The notes under the pieces are model-generated. The model had not been told where the DNA came from. It saw only the letters and a program-made list of their open reading frames with translations, and did no database searches. The position numbers and the translations under genes were made by a program. A stretch of DNA of 53,663 bases from Dehalococcoidales bacterium (GTDB taxonomy: Bacteria > Chloroflexota > Dehalococcoidia > Dehalococcoidales > CSSed11-197): the NCBI GenBank assembly GCA_028716145.1, contig JAQUQL010000001.1, forward strand, positions 1-53,663. The letters run 5' to 3'. Below, piece after piece: positions 10,904-20,039 of the stretch. Within the stretch, counting starts at the first letter, position 1, and the number at the start of each line of letters is the position of its first letter.

Positions 10904-10962
10904 GTATTTGCAGCGCTTTTGAATGTAATTATATAATGGTATTTTTAAGGTAAACCTTTACT

Positions 10963-11403
10963 GTGAATGAACCCCTTATAATGCAATTCCACGTAGCCCA
11001 ACTGCTCAAAGAAGGCGTTGGGTCTAAACGTGATTATTTAGTAGATGACGAGGTTTATATACTCGATAGTTCGCCGCCAAGCCGAGTACATGGCACGGTT
11101 AATCTTTTACGCACATCAAACGGCGTTCTCGCCAGGGCACAACTCTCTACTGAAATCGAGCTTGAATGCGCCAGATGCCTTGAGCCTTATAAATGTAAAC
11201 TTGAATATAATTTTGAAGAGGAATATTTTCCCGTTCTGGATATGTATAGGGATGAATATAACGCAAGCCCTCCAGATAAAGACACTTTTACTATAAATGA
11301 AAACCATTTTTTAGACATTACAGATGCAGCCCGCCAATATGCTATACTGGCTAAGCCGATGAAGCCTCTTTGCCGGCTTGATTGCCCTGGAATAACAATT
11401 TAA
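10963..11403 (+). CDS. DUF177/YceD family protein
   Basis: 146 aa with Cys pairs (CARCLEP ... CRLDCPG). It holds the conserved position immediately upstream of rpmF. GTG start. Confidence 0.7.
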   Translation: MNEPLIMQFHVAQLLKEGVGSKRDYLVDDEVYILDSSPPSRVHGTVNLLRTSNGVLARAQLSTEIELECARCLEPYKCKLEYNFEEEYFPVLDMYRDEYNASPPDKDTFTINENHFLDITDAARQYAILAKPMKPLCRLDCPGITI

Positions 11404-11417
11404 GATTGGAGAGATAA

Positions 11418-11621
11418 ATGGGAGCATTACCAAAAAGGAAAACTTCAAAAGCTCGTAAAAACGAGCGCCGCAGCCATATCAAATCAGCGGATATGCCTGT
11501 TCTGGTAGAGTGCAGTGAATGCCATACCATGAAACTTCCTCACATCGTCTGTCCGGTATGCGGCACCTACAAGGGCCGTGAAGTTATAGAAATCAAACAG
11601 CCGAAATCAAAATCAGAGTAA
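11418..11621 (+). CDS. rpmF: 50S ribosomal protein L32
   Basis: 67 aa with N-terminal PKRKTSKARKNERRSH and zinc-ribbon CSEC...CPVCG. Confidence 0.9.
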   Translation: MGALPKRKTSKARKNERRSHIKSADMPVLVECSECHTMKLPHIVCPVCGTYKGREVIEIKQPKSKSE

Positions 11622-11630
11622 TTTGTAAAA

Positions 11631-12065
11631 ATGGTTAGCTCGCGCCGCAAGTCAAGAAGTCTGGCGCTGCAAGCGCTTTACGAGATCGACCTGGCGGGGC
11701 ACCCCGGTGGAAAGGTCGCCGAAAGCGTTCTTGAAGGCGCGGGCTTATCCAAAATAAACGAAGATTTCGTCAAAGGCCTGGTTAATGGGATTACTGCAAA
11801 CAAAGATCAGATCGATGGCTACATCAAGCGTTATGCGCCAGCTTGGCCTCTTGCACAATTGCCCGCGATAGACCGCAATATTCTGAGGTTATCCATTTAT
11901 GAGCTTCTTTACCTTAAGGATACACCTGTAAAAGTAGCCATCAACGAGGCGATTGAGCTGGCAAAGTCTTTCGGGAGTGACAGTTCACCCAAGTTTATCA
12001 ACGGTGTATTAAGCTCTGTATATGACGCCATTCTAAAAATGGGAGATTCCCTTCCTCAGGAGTGA
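11631..12065 (+). CDS. nusB: Transcription antitermination factor NusB
   Basis: 144 aa showing RRKSRSLALQALYEID and NILRLSIYEL, with the FINGVL C-terminal block. Confidence 0.85.
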   Translation: MVSSRRKSRSLALQALYEIDLAGHPGGKVAESVLEGAGLSKINEDFVKGLVNGITANKDQIDGYIKRYAPAWPLAQLPAIDRNILRLSIYELLYLKDTPVKVAINEAIELAKSFGSDSSPKFINGVLSSVYDAILKMGDSLPQE

Positions 12066-15000
12066 TTCCAGCATTTGTCTCCATTTACCGCCAAGCTTTT
12101 TAGTGTTTAACTGGATACGATAAGGGCTCAGGCGAACCCCATCCATCGAGGGCATTTCGATCTCGCTGGTTTTAAAACGCAAGCCTTCATAAGGCAGAAT
12201 AATAATGTCGTCATCCTCCACGTTGATAATTCCCACCCCGGCAGATCTTGCCAGTATTTTCAGCCCTATTCCATAAATCAGGTTTGAAGTTTCTTCCTCC
12301 ATAGCACCGAAGCGGTCGATCATCTCTGAAGAAATATCTTCCAAACTTTTTAGATTATCAATTCCGGCCAAACGCCGATATAAATGTATCCGTTCCCCAT
12401 CGTCGGGCACGTAATGCTGGCTGATCAGCATTGCCAGCGGAAGATCAACAACCGGTTCTGGAAGCTGCTTTTCAGTTTTTACCTTTTTTCCTTTAAGACG
12501 GGCTTTTTCCTCTTCTACAGCTTGGGATAAAAGTTCGGTATACATGTTAAAGCCAACCGCGGCGATATGGCCGCTCTGTTGGGTACCCAGAAGAGTTCCG
12601 GCTCCCCTTATCTCCAGGTCTTTCATGGCGATATTAAAACCCGAGCCCAATTCTGCCAGTTCATATATGGTACGTAGTCTTCGGCGGCCTTCTTCGGTTA
12701 GCTTGCTGTCATCATCATAAATAAAGTATGCATAACCGGCGGCCGTACCCCGCCCTACGCGTCCTCTCAACTGGTGGAGCTGTATCAAACCGAATTTGTC
12801 AGCCCGGTTAACAATCAAGGTATTGGCATTGGGCACATCAAGCCCGGATTCGATAATGGTAGTACACACCAGTACATCGGTTTTGCCGGCAGTAAAATCA
12901 AGCATCACCTGTGCCAGTTCTTCTTCTTCCATTTGTCCATGCGCTATTGAAAAGCGCGCCTCAGGCACGATATCTTTTAACTCGGCGGCCACTTCTACAA
13001 TGCTTCGGACGCGATTGTGAACAAAAAACACCTGTCCGTTGCGTTCAACCTCACGTATTATAGCCTCGCGCATTAACTGCCTGGAGGATCTGGCAACCAT
13101 GGTATGAACTGGAAGACGTTCCTCCGGGGGTGTTTCGATGGTGCTCATGTCCCTGACCCCGGTCAGGGACATATAAAGTGTACGAGGTATGGGTGTTGCG
13201 CTCATCGCCAGCACGTCAACTTCTGCCCTCTTCTTTTTTAACAGTTCCTTGTGCCCTACTCCAAAACGTTGCTCCTCATCAATAATAATCAAACCAAGAT
13301 TTTTAAATTTAACATCCTGTTGGAGTAGCCGATGAGTGCCTATCACAATATCTACACCTCCTTCTTTGAGGCGCGTTAATATCTCCTTTTGCTCTCTGGC
13401 AGTCTTAAACCGGCTCAGGGACTCTATGGTTACCGGATATGCTGAGAGTCTCTGCGAAAATGTTATGTAATGTTGTTGTGCAAGAAGCGTAGTAGGCACC
13501 AACACCGCAACCTGCCTGCCATCCTGCACAGCCTTGAAAGAAGCACGAATAGCAACTTCGGTTTTGCCATAACCGACGTCCCCGAGAAGAAGTCTGTCCA
13601 TCGGGCGAGGTTTGGACATATCTTTTTTGATGTGTTCAATAGCCGTTAGCTGATCAGGCGTTTCTACATACGGAAATGAAGCTTCAAGCTCTTTCTGCCA
13701 AATGCTATCACCAGAAAAAGCAAACCCTTTCACTATCTCACGCTGAGTGTAAAGCGCCAGAAGTTCTGCCGCGATTTCCCTGGCAGCCTCAGCAGCTTTT
13801 TGACGCGTGTGCTGCCATTGTTCGGTGCCCAGACGATTAAGCGAAGGAGGCACTTCGTTTGAACCTATGTAACGGCTTACTCTGTCTACCTGATTTACCG
13901 GAACGTAAAGGCGATCCTCTTGTTCATATTCAAGCACCATAAACTCCCGGCTGATACCATCATTATCCATGTTGATAATGCCTGCAAAGCGAGCAATACC
14001 ATGATCAACATGCACAACATAGTCACCGGGTTTTATTCTTTCTATATTCACCGGTTGCTTATATGTTTTTTTAGCAACCTGCCTGTTTAGCCGTGTAAAA
14101 CCCAGTATTTCACTATCGGTGTAGAGAAACAAATCATCATCAAGACACCATCCACCATCAAGAATGCCTTTATAAAGAACAACCTGACCGGGTTTTATGT
14201 GAGATTGCAGACACTGTTCCCCTGAGCTATTAATCCCGCTTTCAGCCAGTATTTCCCCGATCCTTTCCGCCTGGTGGGATACAACTGCGACCCGCTTTTT
14301 TCCCTTAACCAGCTTTGAAATCTCCAACCGTAAACGGCTATAGCTGCCGCCAAACTTTTCTACCGGACCAAATCCCGGCTTGATTACAGCCACCTCCTTT
14401 TCCAGTTCCCAGCTGTAGATATAAAGCACTGGATGGGGGTTAATTTGGTTTTCAATCTCCTCCCAGCCGAAATATAAAGAAGGCGTCCCTTCGGGAAGAT
14501 ATCCGCTTTCTATGTAACCTCTCCGGGCTTTTTCTTCCTCGGTGTTTATGTTGGAAAGAGCCCATTGAACAGAATCTGCATCTTCTAAAATAACCATACT
14601 GCCAGCCGGCAGGTAATTTAAAATGGTTTCGTTGAAAAACAGCGGGCTGTAAAATGAAGCATGCTCGATATGCTCCCCTTCGAGCATTTTTTCCATGTCA
14701 CTGGAGATTAATGCTTTCTGTTCGTCCTGAAGACCATCGAGGTTGATTTTGTTTAACAGATCGCTGATTTCATATTTGCTTGAAAACAACGCGGCACTTA
14801 TTTCGCTGCCAGGCCCTATACTGCATTCTTCGATTCTCTCTGTTGAGCGCTGTGTGAGGGGATCAAAATCCCTTATTTCATCTATTTCATCACCGAAAAA
14901 ATCGATCCTTACTGGTTTTTCTCTTCCTACCGGGAAAACATCGAGGATGCCTCCCCGCCGGCTAATCTGCCCTGGTAGAGTAACCGTCCCTTCAACCTTA

Positions 15001-15482
15001 TAACCGATTCCTGCCAAATTCTGCATTATTTCAAGAAGGTCAACCTGCTGCCCCTTTTTTATGTGCACCCAAGAGTCGGCAAATTTTCCGTGATCTACAG
15101 TCTTGAAGGCGAGAGTCCTGGCTGTAAATATGATTACCGGCGGCGCTGATGCTCTACCGTGTGAGATTATCTCCCCCAATGCTTCAACCCTCTCCTGTGC
15201 GTTAACCGTACTGCCAGCCAACCGCTGATAAGGAATGGTTTCATTTTCCGGTACAATTGTGCAAGCCTTCCTGTCCAGCCAGAAATTAACCTCTTCCTCT
15301 ATGCGTAATGCCCTTTGCGGGTTTGCGCATACTACTGCTACGGGAGAGCTTGCAAGCGTCGATAGAGCGGCAATCACGCAAGGGCGTGCCGCTTCCATGA
15401 TAACAGTCTGAATAGAGTGCCGTTTTTTTAGCAGGGTGGCAATTATACCGATTTCCTGGTTGTTTGCTATATTGATCTTCAT
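12033..15482 (-). CDS. mfd: Transcription-repair coupling factor Mfd
   Basis: 1149 aa with a CarD-like segment (GDYVVHVDHGI), Walker A GDVGYGKTEVA, DEEQRFG, SATPIPRTL and QLRGRVGRG. Its 3' end overlaps nusB by 33 nt. Confidence 0.92.
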   Translation of the reverse strand: MKINIANNQEIGIIATLLKKRHSIQTVIMEAARPCVIAALSTLASSPVAVVCANPQRALRIEEEVNFWLDRKACTIVPENETIPYQRLAGSTVNAQERVEALGEIISHGRASAPPVIIFTARTLAFKTVDHGKFADSWVHIKKGQQVDLLEIMQNLAGIGYKVEGTVTLPGQISRRGGILDVFPVGREKPVRIDFFGDEIDEIRDFDPLTQRSTERIEECSIGPGSEISAALFSSKYEISDLLNKINLDGLQDEQKALISSDMEKMLEGEHIEHASFYSPLFFNETILNYLPAGSMVILEDADSVQWALSNINTEEEKARRGYIESGYLPEGTPSLYFGWEEIENQINPHPVLYIYSWELEKEVAVIKPGFGPVEKFGGSYSRLRLEISKLVKGKKRVAVVSHQAERIGEILAESGINSSGEQCLQSHIKPGQVVLYKGILDGGWCLDDDLFLYTDSEILGFTRLNRQVAKKTYKQPVNIERIKPGDYVVHVDHGIARFAGIINMDNDGISREFMVLEYEQEDRLYVPVNQVDRVSRYIGSNEVPPSLNRLGTEQWQHTRQKAAEAAREIAAELLALYTQREIVKGFAFSGDSIWQKELEASFPYVETPDQLTAIEHIKKDMSKPRPMDRLLLGDVGYGKTEVAIRASFKAVQDGRQVAVLVPTTLLAQQHYITFSQRLSAYPVTIESLSRFKTAREQKEILTRLKEGGVDIVIGTHRLLQQDVKFKNLGLIIIDEEQRFGVGHKELLKKKRAEVDVLAMSATPIPRTLYMSLTGVRDMSTIETPPEERLPVHTMVARSSRQLMREAIIREVERNGQVFFVHNRVRSIVEVAAELKDIVPEARFSIAHGQMEEEELAQVMLDFTAGKTDVLVCTTIIESGLDVPNANTLIVNRADKFGLIQLHQLRGRVGRGTAAGYAYFIYDDDSKLTEEGRRRLRTIYELAELGSGFNIAMKDLEIRGAGTLLGTQQSGHIAAVGFNMYTELLSQAVEEEKARLKGKKVKTEKQLPEPVVDLPLAMLISQHYVPDDGERIHLYRRLAGIDNLKSLEDISSEMIDRFGAMEEETSNLIYGIGLKILARSAGVGIINVEDDDIIILPYEGLRFKTSEIEMPSMDGVRLSPYRIQLNTKKLGGKWRQMLESLLRKGISHF

Positions 15483-15617
15483 CGTTTTACAGGCTCATAC
15501 TCCAAATGCTCATAGGGTTAGTTATTATTAAGCCCGGGTCCGATTTATATTAACACTCCAAAAGTGCTTTAACCAATCAAGGCATGCTCTTAAGCGCCCG
15601 GCTGGCTAAAATGCAAG

Positions 15618-16799
15618 CTACGGGCTACGCTGTGAAACAATCTGGCGCAGTGTAATGAATAAAGCAAGCACTACCACCCCAAGGCTGACATATAAGGCTG
15701 GAGTTACACCAATCCACTGGCCAATCGCTCCGACAACCGGTGCGCCTCCGGCAACTCCAACAGTAAGTAAAGCATGAAACACGCCGGTCGCAAGTCCTCT
15801 TTCATGGCTTTGCGAGTTATCGATAACAAGAGAGGAGATAGATGGAAAAATAAACCCGAATGAAACACCGAAAACGGCCATAGTGATACCCAGCGAAAGC
15901 ATGTTTTCCATACTGGGAAGCAAGGCCAAAGAAACCAGGCAAAGCAGCAAACCAAATGCGGCTGGTTTCAGCCGTCCTACTGAATCTGACATCCTTCCCA
16001 CTGGCACCTGAACCAGGATAAACGTTAATGAAAACATGCCCAGCAAAATCCCTACATGCATTGCATCAAACCCCAGGTTAGCTATATGGAATGGAAGTAA
16101 TGTTATAAGACCCCCAAAGCTGAAATACAGCGCAACGATGGAAATATATGCAACTCTGAGCCCCGGCCGTTTGAGAAGGTTTAATATCTTTGAAAAACTA
16201 CTACTATCATTACTTTTATTTTCACAAGCGTTTTCTACTCTACGTGGCAATGCAAGAGCAAAAAGTGAAGCAAGGAACAAGAGAGTAGATGTTATGTAAA
16301 ATAGGGCATCGTAACCCAGCCTGGTCGCGATCAGCCCGGAAACAGGGTATCCAATCATTGTGGCAGAAGCAATAGCTATTCCATATATACCCATTATTCG
16401 CCCGCGCCCTGATTTGAGCGAACACTCTGAAAGTGCAGACATTGTTGCCGGGCCTACCATTCCCCCCGCAACACCATGAAAAAACCTGACAGCCGCTAAA
16501 TGGGCAGGAACTCGGCAAAGAGAGTAGAGAAACAAACAAACAGCATCGCCGAGCAAGCCAGCAAACAGTGGAAGCTTCTGCCCGATTTTGTCTATCAACT
16601 TCCCGAAAAGAATATTGGCCGGAGTATTGGCGATGGAATACAAGCCAACAATAAGCCCGGTAACACCAATAGTGGCTCCAAGCTCCTCTGCATACAGGGA
16701 TATAATAGGAAGAAGCAGAACCGTATCGATAAAACCCAGGAACGTAACAACGCTCAGTATGACCAGCGTTTTGATATCAGATAGTTTGCTGTTATTCAT
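15618..16799 (-). CDS. MFS transporter
   Basis: 393 aa with about 12 hydrophobic segments and an MFS loop motif GKLIDKIGQK between TM2 and TM3. Confidence 0.8.
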   Translation of the reverse strand: MNNSKLSDIKTLVILSVVTFLGFIDTVLLLPIISLYAEELGATIGVTGLIVGLYSIANTPANILFGKLIDKIGQKLPLFAGLLGDAVCLFLYSLCRVPAHLAAVRFFHGVAGGMVGPATMSALSECSLKSGRGRIMGIYGIAIASATMIGYPVSGLIATRLGYDALFYITSTLLFLASLFALALPRRVENACENKSNDSSSFSKILNLLKRPGLRVAYISIVALYFSFGGLITLLPFHIANLGFDAMHVGILLGMFSLTFILVQVPVGRMSDSVGRLKPAAFGLLLCLVSLALLPSMENMLSLGITMAVFGVSFGFIFPSISSLVIDNSQSHERGLATGVFHALLTVGVAGGAPVVGAIGQWIGVTPALYVSLGVVVLALFITLRQIVSQRSP

Positions 16800-16811
16800 T
16801 AGAGGTTTAAA

Positions 16812-16820
16812 ATAATATCA
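16812..16820 (-). promoter_or_regulatory. Extended -10 element for the MFS gene, implying a very short leader
   Basis: The minus strand reads TGATATTAT, ending 12 nt before the ATG at 16799, with no Shine-Dalgarno sequence. Confidence 0.35.
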
Positions 16821-16866
16821 TACAAGAGGCTTATCAAGTAAATGTTTGGCCTTGAACCTGCCAGGT

Positions 16867-16875
16867 TGCTATAAT
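16867..16875 (+). promoter_or_regulatory. Extended -10 element for proB
   Basis: TGCTATAAT lies 29 nt upstream of the proB ATG and is divergent from the MFS promoter. Confidence 0.45.
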
Positions 16876-16904
16876 TAGCAGGCATTTTATTAATAATCTT
16901 TCAA

Positions 16905-18035
16905 ATGTCTAAAAATAATCTAAAAAAACAGCGTATTGTAATAAAGGTTGGCACCAGCCTGCTTACCAGTTCTTCGCCACGACTGGATGGGGCAGCTATA
17001 TCCAGGCTTGTAGACCAGCTTGTGGACCTCCATAACGAAGGTTATGAGATTACGCTCGTAAGCTCGGGCGCCTGCGCAGCAGGGAAGGAAAAAACCGGCA
17101 AAGTAAGAGGTTTTGCCGGTGTGGCAGAACGTCAGATATATGCCTCCATAGGCCAGAGCAGGCTGATGAATGTTTATGAAAAGTTATTTGGGGCACACAA
17201 GATTACTATAGCCCAGGCGCTACTTACCAAACATGATCTTTCAGACCGGTCCGGTTATCTTAACGCCAGAAACACTCTCATGGCCTTGCAGGATCTAAGA
17301 ATAATTTGCATAGTCAACGAAAATGATGTGGTAGCTATAGATGAAGTGCGTGAAGAAAAATTTGGAGAAAACGATATCCTTTCGGCGATGGTTGCCAACC
17401 TGATTGACGCAGATTTGCTGCTCATACTATCAGACGTAAACGGGCTATATAGCCATGATCCTTTAAAATACCCGGACAAGGCTGAACTTATTCCTGTTGT
17501 TGAAAAGATTGACACCCGTATAACCAAACTGGCGTCAGGAAGCCACAACAAAGCCGCTACCGGGGGGATGATAACTAAACTCGAAGCGGCACGGCTTGCA
17601 ACCGAATCTGGAATCACTGTTATCATCGCCAACGGGCGCGAGCCGGATGTAATAAAGAGAATAGCAGGAGGGGAAAGTATTGGCACCAGGTTCCTTCCAT
17701 CCACCCTTCATAAGGAAAGCCGCCAGCGCTGGCTGCTTTCCGGCCTTTGTATACGTGGAAGCCTTGTGATTGATGAAGGGGCTAAAAAAGCACTGATAGA
17801 AGGTAAGCGCAGCCTTCTTCCAGCCGGCATCGCCAAAGTTGAAGGAAAGTTCAAACGTGGTGACGCAGTCAACTTGAATGACTCAACCGGAAACCGGTTT
17901 GGCTGCGGCCTTACTAATTATACAAGCGATGAGCTTAAACTCATCAAGGGACTACATTCATCCAGAATCAATGAAACCCTGGGTTATGATTACGGCACCG
18001 AAGCCGTCCACCGCAACAACCTTACAATTTTATAA
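16905..18035 (+). CDS. proB: Glutamate 5-kinase with C-terminal PUA domain
   Basis: 376 aa showing IVIKVGTSLLT and VNENDVVA, with a PUA-like C-terminus (GSLVIDEGA...GDAV). Confidence 0.92.
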   Translation: MSKNNLKKQRIVIKVGTSLLTSSSPRLDGAAISRLVDQLVDLHNEGYEITLVSSGACAAGKEKTGKVRGFAGVAERQIYASIGQSRLMNVYEKLFGAHKITIAQALLTKHDLSDRSGYLNARNTLMALQDLRIICIVNENDVVAIDEVREEKFGENDILSAMVANLIDADLLLILSDVNGLYSHDPLKYPDKAELIPVVEKIDTRITKLASGSHNKAATGGMITKLEAARLATESGITVIIANGREPDVIKRIAGGESIGTRFLPSTLHKESRQRWLLSGLCIRGSLVIDEGAKKALIEGKRSLLPAGIAKVEGKFKRGDAVNLNDSTGNRFGCGLTNYTSDELKLIKGLHSSRINETLGYDYGTEAVHRNNLTIL

Positions 18036-18047
18036 TAAGGAGAAACA

Positions 18048-18317
18048 ATGCCAACCGGACACCTTTACAACGCCAATGATGGAAATCTGATAGTAGAAGT
18101 AAACTACCGCCTTATAGTGGATAACCCCGAACGATGGTGGGGAGAACTTACTCTTTCTGATTTCAAGCGCATTAAAGACGGTGACAGCTACCTGATACTG
18201 CTCGAGGACGGCCGCAAAGGCAGATGCTTCTTAAGGAAAAAGGTGAACCGGGCTGTTCAAGGTCTAAGCCCGCTTTACTGTTATCAGTTTAACGGAAATG
18301 GAGACCTGCGGGAATAG
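18048..18317 (+). CDS. Small hypothetical protein, paralog 1 (RWWGE / DGRxGxCF / FNGxGxL motifs)
   Basis: 89 aa. AAGGAG sits 5 nt upstream of the ATG and the gene starts 12 nt after the proB stop. Clearly homologous to the next ORF. Confidence 0.65.
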   Translation: MPTGHLYNANDGNLIVEVNYRLIVDNPERWWGELTLSDFKRIKDGDSYLILLEDGRKGRCFLRKKVNRAVQGLSPLYCYQFNGNGDLRE

Positions 18318-18332
18318 CAGGAGGTTTAACGC

Positions 18333-18641
18333 TTGGCAATACATTATTCCGAAGGAACAGGCTTTCTTTATGATAAAGAAAGCGATTTAATGATTGCCAA
18401 AATCAAATATCATCTCACCGAAACCGATGCCTCCATATATACAAAAAAGCGCTGGTGGGGAGAAATAATCACTTCAAAAGCGATAATCGATTCTGGCTCT
18501 ATTTTTGAGTTGGAATTCAGTGATGGGCGTCGCGGAGAATGCTTTGTTTATGAAAATACCGAGATGGCCGTCAAATCCAACCGGCGCTACTATCATTTTA
18601 ATGGAAGAGGCAAGCTTGGAGAGCGCCGTTTTGGACTGTAA
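18333..18641 (+). CDS. Small hypothetical protein, paralog 2
   Basis: 102 aa with a TTG start and AGGAGG 8 nt upstream. Shares G.LY, RWWGE, DGR.G.CF, AV and Y.FNG.G.L.E blocks with 18048..18317. Confidence 0.6.
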   Translation: MAIHYSEGTGFLYDKESDLMIAKIKYHLTETDASIYTKKRWWGEIITSKAIIDSGSIFELEFSDGRRGECFVYENTEMAVKSNRRYYHFNGRGKLGERRFGL

Positions 18642-18767
18642 CAGATCGATGGCTTTATCTGTTTATGCTTTGTTTAAACCCCGGCAAGGTGTTAATATAA
18701 GAAAGGTTGATCAAAAGCCTGCATGCAGCTTTGCGGCTTTACGGGCCCATATAATGGGAGGTAATTA

Positions 18768-20039
18768 ATGTCTAACTACATGGAAGAAGCCAGTACCCGG
18801 GCAGAGCGTGCCCGTGCCGCCTCCAGGAGCCTGTCTTATGCTTCGACTGAAACTAAAAACCTGGCCCTCCGCTATGTTGCAGACAGTCTTGTAAGCGAGA
18901 CTGATGCGATACTTAAAGCCAACCAGGTAGATTATCTTGCAGCCCGTCAAGCAGGAATGAACACTGCTATGCTGGACAGATTAATGCTTGATTCATCTCG
19001 GATCAATTCCATGGCAGAAGACGTACTCAAGGTAATGTATCTACCCGATCCTATCGGCGAAATGATTGAGATGCGTACCCTCCCAAATGGCCTGTTGGCG
19101 GGTAAAAGGCGTGTACCTCTGGGTGTGATTGCCAGCATTTACGAGAGTCGTCCCAATGTTACTATTGACCTTTCCAGCCTCTGCATTAAAAGCGGTAATG
19201 CCCTGGTGCTTCGTGGCGGCAAAGAAGCCTTTAACTCCAATAAAATTCTGGCTGAAATTGTCGCAAAAGCCTGCGAAAAGTCCGGCCTTCCGGATGGTAC
19301 GGTTGAGTTTATCCACAGTACCGAGCGAGAGATGGTTACATATCTTCTAAAAATGAACCACCTTATTGATATGGTCATACCCCGTGGTGGATCCGGGCTC
19401 ATAAATATGGTTAGAGAGAATTCTACTATACCGGTAGTTGCCGGTGGCGTAGGAGTTTGCCATGCATATGTTGACAGGGCTGCCAATATAGATGATGCAG
19501 TTAAAATTGTTGTAAATGCCAAAGTCCAGCGACCGACCGTGTGTAACGCCCTTGACACGGTTATTGTCCATCAGGATGCAGCAGCTGAATACCTGCCGAA
19601 ACTTGCTACCGTCCTTTCCGATGCAGGGGTTGAAATGCGCGCTGATTCCCGGTCTCTGGCGATAATAAAAGATGCCGGTCACAAATGCCAGCAAGCCTCT
19701 AACGAAGATTGGGGCAAGGAATTCCTTTCACTGGTTATTGCAATCAAAACAGCAGAAAGCATAGACGAGGCTTTAAGGCACATCGCCTACTACGGCTCAG
19801 GCCATTCAGAAGCTATCATAAGTGAGGATTATTCCGCCGTGATGCGCTTCCTGGACGAGGTTGATGCATCCTGCGTGTTTGCCAATGCCAGCACCCGCTT
19901 CAATGATGGGGCTCAATTAGGCCTGGGTGCGGAACTTGGTATTTCTACCCAGAAAATGCATGCAAGAGGGCCCCTTGGGTTAAAAGAGATAACTTCTTAC
20001 AAGTGGATAGTATTCGGCCACGGGCATATTCGGCCTTAA
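18768..20039 (+). CDS. proA: Gamma-glutamyl phosphate reductase
   Basis: 423 aa of the aldehyde dehydrogenase fold, with VCNALDTVIVH (catalytic Cys region) and GHSEAI. GGGAGG ribosome-binding site. Confidence 0.92.
   Translation: MSNYMEEASTRAERARAASRSLSYASTETKNLALRYVADSLVSETDAILKANQVDYLAARQAGMNTAMLDRLMLDSSRINSMAEDVLKVMYLPDPIGEMIEMRTLPNGLLAGKRRVPLGVIASIYESRPNVTIDLSSLCIKSGNALVLRGGKEAFNSNKILAEIVAKACEKSGLPDGTVEFIHSTEREMVTYLLKMNHLIDMVIPRGGSGLINMVRENSTIPVVAGGVGVCHAYVDRAANIDDAVKIVVNAKVQRPTVCNALDTVIVHQDAAAEYLPKLATVLSDAGVEMRADSRSLAIIKDAGHKCQQASNEDWGKEFLSLVIAIKTAESIDEALRHIAYYGSGHSEAIISEDYSAVMRFLDEVDASCVFANASTRFNDGAQLGLGAELGISTQKMHARGPLGLKEITSYKWIVFGHGHIRP

Noticed and set aside
18719-18728. Perfect 10-bp palindrome CTGCATGCAG upstream of proA, resembling the CCTGCATGCATTTGCAG string at the 53359-53375 operator
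   Set aside because: The shared part is short and built around the self-complementary GCATGC core. The full 11-bp operator arms are not reproduced, so the resemblance is probably chance. The nearby TATAAT (18750-18755) is too close to the proA ribosome-binding site to be a functional -10 box.
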